Part shown: piece after piece, positions 18,730 to 26,386 of the stretch
Numbering within the stretch: the stretch's first letter is position 1
Layout of the letters: every line of letters begins with the position of its first letter
DNA from: Candidatus Ozemobacteraceae bacterium
GTDB lineage: Bacteria > Muiribacteriota > Ozemobacteria > Ozemobacterales > Ozemobacteraceae
Assembly (NCBI GenBank): GCA_035342015.1
Contig: DAOQWI010000001.1
Coordinates: 270-64,269, forward strand
Reading direction: 5' to 3'
Length of the DNA: 64,000 bases
Notes under the pieces: generated by a model
What the model was told of the DNA's origin: nothing
Databases searched by the model: none
The model's input: the letters and a program-made list of their open reading frames with translations, nothing else
Translations under genes and position numbers: made by a program

Positions 18730-21363
18730 CTATCTGAGAACCGCAAGTTTGCCGTTGCTTTTCAGAGTGCGACCATTGGCTTCTATGCGGGCCCTGAAAA
18801 AATAGATACCGTTTGCAACCTGCGCGCCATTGCGATTGGTCAGGTTCCAGTCAGAAACCAGATACCCTGCAGACTCATCGAGCTGCAGGGTGTTTACTTT
18901 CCTGCCAGACACGTCATAAATATTAACAACAGCTTTACCAATAACCGGTTTGCCAGAGAGAACAAAGCTGAAACGTGCAAACCTCCGACATGGGTTTGGG
19001 TAGACTTTTACGGAGCTAACCCCTGACGCAGCAGCAATTTGAGCATTAATCGACGCCCGGGCTTCGTTACCAGCCCGGTCGGCGAGAGTAACGACCATAT
19101 CTCCATTTCCAGTAAGCCCTTCAGGAATACGGCAACTAATCTTGCCATCCTTGATAATGCCGCCAGCAAAAAGTTGTTGCCCGTCAATTACAATCTTCAG
19201 ACTTTCCGGATCTACACCGGAAAGATCGTCATCATAACTGCACAAAACCGCATTCTGTCCATCAGCCAGCTTTTCAAAATGCAGGCCGCTGAGCAGCGGT
19301 GGGCGGTCATCATAATACAGATAAAATCTTCCGGGGCCGGCCAGTTCAGCCACTATACGGCCATCAGTTAATTTATGCAAAGGCACCCATGCTGTTTCTG
19401 GATTGCGGCCTTCACAAAGCAAACCCGACTTTTTACTGTAATAGTCCGGCATTTTGACAATCAGACTGGTTTTAGTTTCTGCTGTGGCGAGAATATCGAA
19501 AGGCCCGGCAACAGCGTCAACTGGTCTGAACATGGAGCTGGAGTCAGGAACGGCAAACATTACCAGTTCTTCAGCATTAATATCTCCTTCACTCACCAGC
19601 ATGGCATCGGCAATCTGCATTTCGGTGCGCATCGAAGGCTTCAATCTGGCCACAGAAAAGCTGAACGAAAATACTTCGTCATTAAGATTGCAGACCGCCT
19701 GACCGCGACCAACGCCTGGCAGCTTATATTGAGCTACAAACAACGATTTTTCGTCGTCGACAGACGAGAACGACGGCTGTTCAATCAGATTGTTAAAAAG
19801 AATCTTAAGTTGTGGTACAGCGTTCAACGCACCGTTGAAAGACCTGAAAAATATCAGATACTGTTCAGAAAAGGCTGGATGCGGAACCGGATAGAGAATA
19901 TATTTATTGAACGCCGTTCTAAAAGAATAACTGTAGCTCTCATCACCGGTTTTCTGCGGGTCAATGACCAGAGGCAGGAAAAAGAAACGCCTGAGGTTGT
20001 TAAAATCGAGAGATATGCTTCCGCGACCGTCTGAGTCGATTACCAGTGGTCGAATCGAGGTTGTGCCGTCGTTGTGAACCGTCGCCGCCCATGGCAGCAC
20101 ACTGCTCTGACAGGTAAGAGATAACGTCGTCTGACCACGACCGTTTATTTCTTCAACATTCAAACAGTTGGAAATAACCGAGCTTTCGGCACCGACAAAT
20201 GAATTTTCGCCGCCAGTGATAAAGTGCCGACCGGTTTTTACCGGCAGAAGATTTGCATCATCTCCAAAGGCTGCGACCTTGTCGGCAAATCCCCACAGGC
20301 CATTCCCCATGCCAGGCTCGTCAACAGCCAGTGCCAGATTGAAGTTGACAAATACCTCTGTAAAGCTTGTGTCTGCATGTCGGAGCAGTTCATTCAACCC
20401 TTTTATGCCCTTTGCAGCAGTGCGCACCAGCTCGCGGGTAAACTGCTGCTGCATGCCGGCCGTTTCTCCGCCAAACTTTTCAACCAGATAAGCAACGAAA
20501 AGAAAAGAGGCACCATACTGCCTGAAAAGCCGGTCTTCACGAAACCAGCTTTCTTTTGCGTTACTGAGCAGATTAACTGCCGGATTCTGAAGAAATCTGG
20601 CAAAATGAGGTGCTGGCGGAACCCGTAGACGGTTCTGCCCGGTTTCGCCCGAAAATACATATTCGGAAAACATTGAAAAGCCTTCATCCAGCCAGCGTTC
20701 CTGCTCAGGGTTGCCATTTGCATGCTGAATCGAAAAATTAACCATGTGCTGGAATTCATGTGCCAGGGTGCGATAGAAGGCATTGCTTTTATCATCTGGG
20801 TTTCCAGGCTCTCCCGGGTTTGTATCCATGAAAAATACTGGTTTTTGATTGCCAGACCAGCCTTCGATATCACGGTGATCGAAATAGCCTGCAACGTAAC
20901 CCTCTTCGAACCTGTCGCGAATGTCGACAAGAAAGATGTAAATCCTTTCGTCAGGAAGATTGAACGCTGCCGGAATTACCGGCTTTCCGAACCATCTGCA
21001 GACAGACGGAAACACCTTGTCGTCAAAACACCTGATGATGCTTGCATAAACATCGGCAGAAGCCTGACCATATTGCGCTTCCTGACCGCTCTCAACAAAA
21101 AGAAGACATTCTTTACCGGCTGCCACAAGCTTGCCTGGTCGGTATTCATAAAGCCCGGAAGCGAAGTTGAAAACCTGAAAACTTTCTTCAGTAACGCCGG
21201 GAATAAATTTCTGATTTCTGGCTGAAAAACGATGGCCAACGGCACCATCTGAGACCCGGCTGGCTGACAACTGACTGTCGAGCTGGTCTTTAAGAGCCCG
21301 CAGGCGAAAAGTTCCGTCAACCGGCAATGGTGCCGCAAAGATAGATTGAGCTGAAAACAGCAT
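18730..21363 (-). CDS. secreted HExxH zinc metallopeptidase-like protein with T9SS-type C-terminal sorting domain (paralogue of 13157..16201); true start probably upstream of first ATG
   Basis: Motif TLAHEFQHMV...ERWLDEG and the block YGASFLFVAYLVEKFGGE (compare YGASFLWMYYLVEKYGG in the paralogue). The C-terminus reads VKVYPNPCRRF...IYDVSGRKV...GIYFF...KLAVLR. An in-frame signal-peptide-like sequence lies upstream of the first ATG; see findings. Confidence 0.6.
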   Translation of the reverse strand: MLFSAQSIFAAPLPVDGTFRLRALKDQLDSQLSASRVSDGAVGHRFSARNQKFIPGVTEESFQVFNFASGLYEYRPGKLVAAGKECLLFVESGQEAQYGQASADVYASIIRCFDDKVFPSVCRWFGKPVIPAAFNLPDERIYIFLVDIRDRFEEGYVAGYFDHRDIEGWSGNQKPVFFMDTNPGEPGNPDDKSNAFYRTLAHEFQHMVNFSIQHANGNPEQERWLDEGFSMFSEYVFSGETGQNRLRVPPAPHFARFLQNPAVNLLSNAKESWFREDRLFRQYGASFLFVAYLVEKFGGETAGMQQQFTRELVRTAAKGIKGLNELLRHADTSFTEVFVNFNLALAVDEPGMGNGLWGFADKVAAFGDDANLLPVKTGRHFITGGENSFVGAESSVISNCLNVEEINGRGQTTLSLTCQSSVLPWAATVHNDGTTSIRPLVIDSDGRGSISLDFNNLRRFFFLPLVIDPQKTGDESYSYSFRTAFNKYILYPVPHPAFSEQYLIFFRSFNGALNAVPQLKILFNNLIEQPSFSSVDDEKSLFVAQYKLPGVGRGQAVCNLNDEVFSFSFSVARLKPSMRTEMQIADAMLVSEGDINAEELVMFAVPDSSSMFRPVDAVAGPFDILATAETKTSLIVKMPDYYSKKSGLLCEGRNPETAWVPLHKLTDGRIVAELAGPGRFYLYYDDRPPLLSGLHFEKLADGQNAVLCSYDDDLSGVDPESLKIVIDGQQLFAGGIIKDGKISCRIPEGLTGNGDMVVTLADRAGNEARASINAQIAAASGVSSVKVYPNPCRRFARFSFVLSGKPVIGKAVVNIYDVSGRKVNTLQLDESAGYLVSDWNLTNRNGAQVANGIYFFRARIEANGRTLKSNGKLAVLR

Positions 21364-21395
21364 CAGCAGGAATAGAATCAGCGGTCTGATGTTTT

Positions 21396-22850
21396 TTATG
21401 ACTGCTTTTCAACCTTTCTTTTCCGGTCTATTGAGAAAACCGCCACGGTAATATCGTCTTTGACCGCAGCAGGAGAATTCTCGACCAGTGCAGCGATTTC
21501 CTTAACAATTTCATCAGCACTTTTACTGACCCGTGCAAAAAAGAAACTGCGTAAATAAACATAGCCATCTTCACAGCCGGCCCAGGCCTCAAAAAAATCA
21601 ACCAGACCGTCTGAATAAAACATTAACTTGTCGCCATCGGCAATGTTTTCTGAACAGCTTTCGTAGGTGCTTTCGTTGAAGATCCCGAGAAGAGTCCCGG
21701 TCGATTTCAGCTCAATGATTGAATTATCGGCGACCCGATAATGCAGTGGAAAATCATGACCGGCACTGCAATAACTGAATTTCATCGCCTGAAGATCAAA
21801 AACTCCCCAGAGTGCCGTTGAGTTAAAGCGGGAACCGGCGCCGAGAAACTCTTTCAGCGAGACATTAACCCGACTCATCAATTCTGCCGGGTTATCAGCA
21901 AGTGCCGAGCGGTCGTTGAAAAGACAGACGACTACGGCCATAACCAGGGCAGCAGGCACGCCTTTGCCACACACATCGCCGATAAGAACACCAATATTCG
22001 ACCTTGAAGCATCTTCAACAAATCTGAGAAAGTCGCCACCGATGAATCTGGCCGGCTTCAAAAATGAGGAAACTTCGATACCGTCGACGTCAGGAACCTG
22101 CCTTGGCATCGCGCCGTCCTGAACGATTCGGGCCATATCAAGTTCTCGTTGAATCTGAGCCTGTCTTTTCGCGAGTTCGTCGGCATGAAACGCCAGTTCT
22201 TTGTGCAATCGATAATTGTGCAGACAGACAGAAACCTGGTCAGAGAGAATATCGAGCCTGAAACTGTCTTCTGAGGTCAGTTCGGCATCAGGACTGTGTC
22301 GTCCTACCAGCAGGCAGCCATAGAAGATTTTGTTGCGTTCTAGAGCTGAACCGGCGAGGGCACCACGGAATTCATGAGCCTTAAAAGCGTGCTCAAGCAA
22401 TTTCATCGACAGTTTCATACTGTCTGAGGTATTTTCAGCGGCGATGTCATCAAAACTCACATTTTTGAAGCGATCCAGACTGACTCCGGCAGCTTCAACC
22501 GCAACAAAGCAGTCTTTTTCAAAATCCATGAGAAAAAGAACCGCCCAGTCAAATTTTCCGAGGTCAAGAACGGTTTGAAGAATGCGACTGTAGGGCCGGT
22601 CTCCGAGAAGAAGCTGTAGATCATCGAGCGAATGTGCCTGCTCGTAGAAGTTACAGACATCCTGAAGAGAGTTTCTCTGTTCAAGGTGTCTTCTTATACT
22701 GAAAAAGAACAGGCCAAGAAGAAAAAGAACGGCCAGCAGAGCCAGGTCATAGTCTCTCCCGAGCACAGCCAGAACAGCGATGCCAAGCAGCCAGAGAAGA
22801 TAGTATCGAACAGCATTAATGCTGCCGGACGCTTTACCTGAACCTGACAA
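21396..22850 (-). CDS. membrane-anchored PP2C-type (SpoIIE/RsbU-like) serine phosphatase
   Basis: Two N-terminal TM helices, a central sensor-like region and a C-terminal segment ARFIGGDFLRFVEDAS...GVLIGDVCGKGVPAALVMAVV typical of SpoIIE-family phosphatases. Confidence 0.7.
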   Translation of the reverse strand: MSGSGKASGSINAVRYYLLWLLGIAVLAVLGRDYDLALLAVLFLLGLFFFSIRRHLEQRNSLQDVCNFYEQAHSLDDLQLLLGDRPYSRILQTVLDLGKFDWAVLFLMDFEKDCFVAVEAAGVSLDRFKNVSFDDIAAENTSDSMKLSMKLLEHAFKAHEFRGALAGSALERNKIFYGCLLVGRHSPDAELTSEDSFRLDILSDQVSVCLHNYRLHKELAFHADELAKRQAQIQRELDMARIVQDGAMPRQVPDVDGIEVSSFLKPARFIGGDFLRFVEDASRSNIGVLIGDVCGKGVPAALVMAVVVCLFNDRSALADNPAELMSRVNVSLKEFLGAGSRFNSTALWGVFDLQAMKFSYCSAGHDFPLHYRVADNSIIELKSTGTLLGIFNESTYESCSENIADGDKLMFYSDGLVDFFEAWAGCEDGYVYLRSFFFARVSKSADEIVKEIAALVENSPAAVKDDITVAVFSIDRKRKVEKQS

Positions 22851-22930
22851 AACTTCTCTCTCCAGTGTTTATTTTTAAATCAGAGTTTGCCTGTAGACCT
22901 TAAATTCAAGTTATGACAGTAAATAACTAT

Positions 22931-23557
22931 TCAGGGTTCCTGGTCGTCAAAATCGACCGAAGCACCCCATTCTGCAAGCGCAACAAACAATTTTTTCGGG
23001 CTTCTCGCGTCAAGATAGAATCTGGGGTCTTTTTCAAGATAATTTTTCAGTCTCTGTCTGATTTTAAACAGCAGATCCTTGGTAAATACATTTTTAAGTT
23101 CAAAACTGGCGGTCAGGGGCGCTGAGAATCTGCGCCATATTTCAGAGAGGCTTTGCGGCTTTCCCCGCTTTTTTAAATTTTTATATGTACGGTCGAGCAT
23201 GGCTTCAAAAAGTTCTGCGCCATTATAGGCATAGAAAAAGGCTACCGGGGGCAGAAACCCGAACTGCGAAATAATATTGCGGGCCTTTCTGACCAGTCTT
23301 TCGCCTTCGCCCTGCAGGCCGACCACCTCGGAGCGAAGAATCCTGAGCAGCATAAGATCAATGTCTTTGCGAACCAGAGTATCGATAAGAGTTTTGTCAT
23401 TCGGAAAAAACTTCTGCAGTATCGGCCTTACCGTCTCGATGGTCTCGACACTCAAAAATTGCAGATTGCGGCCATAGGTCTCGGGGTTTTTGCTTTTCAT
23501 GTCCCCGAGAATCTTTTCGAACTGCAGGATAAATTCAAATTTGGTATCGAATGGCAA
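22931..23557 (-). CDS. hypothetical protein
   Basis: 208-aa ORF with no recognisable motifs. It sits upstream in the same orientation as the PP2C gene. Confidence 0.4.
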   Translation of the reverse strand: MPFDTKFEFILQFEKILGDMKSKNPETYGRNLQFLSVETIETVRPILQKFFPNDKTLIDTLVRKDIDLMLLRILRSEVVGLQGEGERLVRKARNIISQFGFLPPVAFFYAYNGAELFEAMLDRTYKNLKKRGKPQSLSEIWRRFSAPLTASFELKNVFTKDLLFKIRQRLKNYLEKDPRFYLDARSPKKLFVALAEWGASVDFDDQEP

Positions 23558-23615
23558 AGAAAAAACCTGTCTAAAATAAATCTTTATTTATTTTAGACAG
23601 GTTACTGTAACTAAA

Positions 23616-23789
23616 TCAAGTTAATTCTGAAAAAGTGTCAGTGTCGCCATTGTCATCAGAACAATTAAGATCGATCGAAGGCATGCAGTTTTCCCCCGAC
23701 ATCTGCAGAAACCCCTTTCTGATGTAGACCAGGAAGCCAATAAGAGCTACAGAATACCATCCGGCAATCATTGAACATACAGCCTTCAT
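23616..23789 (-). CDS. possible small (57 aa) single-TM protein, not in ORF track
   Basis: Translates MKAVCSMIAGWYSVALIGFLVYIRKGFLQMSGENCMPSIDLNCSDDNGDTDTFSELT. An AAAGGGGAG SD-like sequence lies about 10 nt upstream. It falls below the 60-aa cutoff of the supplied track. Confidence 0.2.
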   Translation of the reverse strand: MKAVCSMIAGWYSVALIGFLVYIRKGFLQMSGENCMPSIDLNCSDDNGDTDTFSELT

Positions 23790-23907
23790 AAATAAATCGC
23801 TCCCCTTTCTGGCATAAAATCTTTTTCGGCAAAAAAAACGAGTTTTATAACAAAAACTGTATTTTTTTCATTTTAATGTTGTGATTGTCGATAATTTATC
23901 TGAAGCA

Positions 23908-24549
23908 ATGAAAAAACTTTTCCAGATATCTTTCCTGATCGTTGTCATGCTGACAGTTTGCGGTTCAGCAATTGCAGGCGACTGCCCGGCCTGCGGTGCA
24001 AAGGAACTGTCAGGCCTGACAATGCTATGCCCTGAATGTAACGCAGATTTGCACGACATAACGACCCGAAATGCCAGAATCGAAAGATCTTCATTGCGGG
24101 TAAGGCTGCTTTATACCGGTGACAAACCAGACCGTCTGCCGGCCTATGGCAAGCTTTACATTAATGGCAAATATCATGGCAACATCGATCTGGTCGAAAA
24201 AGAAGAACGCAACAGCGAATTTGCCGCCAGCTGGAATGACGGACTTGGGCGTGAATATACCGCCCTCTATGAAAAAGTGATAGAAAACGTCACACCCGGG
24301 GTACTGAAAATTGAGGTCGAAATGAAATTCGACCGGTTATACAGCCTCGGAAGAAGCTATAAAAAAGTAGTATTTCCATACGTTGGCTTCAAAGAAGGCG
24401 AAAAGACGACTGTAGACCACTATTTCAATTCAGCCGCAACTTTCAATCAGTATAAGCCCGGAAAACGCAAGCCGATCCCGATAGTTTCTGAAACCAAGCT
24501 TCAGGGTGCGAGTGGCACAGTTGCAATCAATATCGGGCTGTTTAAATAA
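23908..24549 (+). CDS. hypothetical secreted protein with N-proximal CxxC-x12-CxxC motif
   Basis: Signal peptide MKKLFQISFLIVVMLTVCGSAIA, then GDCPACGAKELSGLTMLCPECNADLHD. The ATG at 23908 is preferred over the upstream GTG at 23881. Confidence 0.45.
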   Translation: MKKLFQISFLIVVMLTVCGSAIAGDCPACGAKELSGLTMLCPECNADLHDITTRNARIERSSLRVRLLYTGDKPDRLPAYGKLYINGKYHGNIDLVEKEERNSEFAASWNDGLGREYTALYEKVIENVTPGVLKIEVEMKFDRLYSLGRSYKKVVFPYVGFKEGEKTTVDHYFNSAATFNQYKPGKRKPIPIVSETKLQGASGTVAINIGLFK

Positions 24550-24719
24550 AACCGCCGGTCTGTATTTGAGTTGATCCGCAAAGAATTCCTGCCGCCAGTT
24601 AATTAAATTCCTGTTTTTTGTTACAATTGGTACAGGTGAGGTCAGGATCTGGATAAAGAATAACCCTCACTGCCTTTCGAAGATTCAGCCGTAAAAAAAT
24701 CTGATCTGTGAGGCAGAAT

Positions 24720-25145
24720 ATGTGCGACAGCAAAGAAATGACTATCCTCGTGGCAGAAGATGACCCGGGGCATGCGGAGCTCATCGTTGATGAACTGAAG
24801 GAATCGGGTATTCACAACTCGATCAGGCGTTTCTGTAACGGCCAGGAAGTATGGGAATTCCTTATTGAAAAAGCCTCAGACGAGGCAACGGTTCTGAACT
24901 ATCTTCTGCTTCTCGATATCAAAATGCCCAAAATGGATGGAATCGAGGTATTGAAAAGAATCAAGAGTCACGATATTCTCAAAAAAGTTCCGGTTATAAT
25001 GGTTTCAACCACTGACGACCAACCTGAAATAGCAAAGTGCTACGAACTCGGATGCAATATGTACATTACCAAGCCGGTTGACTGCAAAGTTTTTGCAGAA
25101 ACTCTACAAAGACTTGGGTTGTTCATTCAGATTGTAAGGATTTAA
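24720..25145 (+). CDS. single-domain response regulator (CheY-like receiver)
   Basis: LVAEDDPGHAELIVDEL...LLLLDIKMPKMDGIEVLKRIK...VIMVSTTDDQ...YITKP. A GAGG RBS lies 6 nt before the ATG at 24720. The ORF track's 24708 start is a GTG. Confidence 0.8.
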   Translation: MCDSKEMTILVAEDDPGHAELIVDELKESGIHNSIRRFCNGQEVWEFLIEKASDEATVLNYLLLLDIKMPKMDGIEVLKRIKSHDILKKVPVIMVSTTDDQPEIAKCYELGCNMYITKPVDCKVFAETLQRLGLFIQIVRI

Positions 25146-25147
25146 TT

Positions 25148-26386
25148 TTGCCCGACCAGAAAATAAAACCAGCGCTGACACCGGCCGGGTGCGACGAGAT
25201 AACTGCCGGCAGAGAATGCCATGACAGCAGCAATATTACAAACAGCAATTACTGCCAGTTACAGAGCAACTCTCTGGCAGGTATTTTCAATCAACTCAAG
25301 GAAATAGTCGCGGTTCATGAAATGATTTTCGACGAAGCCGGGGAAGCGGTTGACTACCGCATCATAGGCTTCAACACGGCATTTCTCCAGCTTCTTGGCA
25401 AAACTGGCGAAGAGGTAAAAGATGCGCTTGCCACGGGGCTTTTTGCGTCAAGACCAGCGCCCTATATAAGTGAATACGAAAGCGTTCTGACATCCGGGCA
25501 ACCCAAAGAACTGCTGACATTCTACCCGCCACTTGACCGGCATTTTTCGATAACCGCAGTTCCTCTTGGTCAGAACCTCTTTGCCACTGTCACGAATGAT
25601 ATAACTACCAGTCGCCAGATGCATGAACTGATGTCGGCACGCAGCAAAGAGCTTGAAAACTATCTTTACGTCACTTCGCACGACCTTAGAACTCCTCTTG
25701 TTAATATTCAGGGGTTCAGTCAACGTCTCAACAGACAGGTTGCAAAAGTTCTCACTCTGGCAGGAGAATACCCCCAGATCACAGAAAATGAAGAGCTGAA
25801 AAAACTTCTCGAAGAAGGAATTCCCAAAACTCTGCAGTTCATTTTTGCCGGGGTAAACAAAATGGACTCGCTTCTGAACGGTCTTTTACAGCTTTCCAGA
25901 ACCGGCCGGGCAACAATGAGCGTAAAGCCGGTCGACATGAATCAGCTGCTTGAAAAAATCATCGAAACCAATGCGTTTCAACTTTCTGAAACAGGTGCAA
26001 GCGTAAAAGTCGAAAATCTGCCTGGCTGCTATGGCGACGAAAACCTTTTAAATCAGATGTTTTCGAACCTTATCAGCAACGCGGTCAAATATCGTGATCC
26101 CTCAAGAAATCTGGTTATCGAGATAAGCGCAATTTCGGGTCTACGCAAAGCAATTTATTCAATAAAAGATAACGGAACCGGAATTGAAAAAAAGCATCTT
26201 GACCAGATCTGGAATCTTTTTTACCGTATCGATGATGCAACTTCAGTGTCTGGAGACGGAATAGGACTTTCAGTTGTAAAAAAGATTGCAGAAAAGCATC
26301 GGGGCAAGGTAAAAGTTGAGAGTGAACCAGGCGTCGGCAGTGTATTTTCGGTGGTGCTGCAAACCACAGAATTCCAGGAATATTGA
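25148..26386 (+). CDS. PAS-domain sensor histidine kinase
   Basis: H-box YVTSHDLRTPLVNIQGF, then N/G boxes (NAVKYRD...DNGTGIE...GDGIGLSVV). It starts 3 nt after the response-regulator stop. Confidence 0.8.
   Translation: MPDQKIKPALTPAGCDEITAGRECHDSSNITNSNYCQLQSNSLAGIFNQLKEIVAVHEMIFDEAGEAVDYRIIGFNTAFLQLLGKTGEEVKDALATGLFASRPAPYISEYESVLTSGQPKELLTFYPPLDRHFSITAVPLGQNLFATVTNDITTSRQMHELMSARSKELENYLYVTSHDLRTPLVNIQGFSQRLNRQVAKVLTLAGEYPQITENEELKKLLEEGIPKTLQFIFAGVNKMDSLLNGLLQLSRTGRATMSVKPVDMNQLLEKIIETNAFQLSETGASVKVENLPGCYGDENLLNQMFSNLISNAVKYRDPSRNLVIEISAISGLRKAIYSIKDNGTGIEKKHLDQIWNLFYRIDDATSVSGDGIGLSVVKKIAEKHRGKVKVESEPGVGSVFSVVLQTTEFQEY

Noticed and set aside
24550-24707. Possible sigma54-type element (TGGCAG..N..) and hairpins in the gaps after 24549 and 28788.
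   Set aside because: Spacing and sequence do not fit GG-N10-GC or TTGACA/TATAAT consensus well enough. The candidate stems are 4-5 bp with mismatches and no U-tracts.
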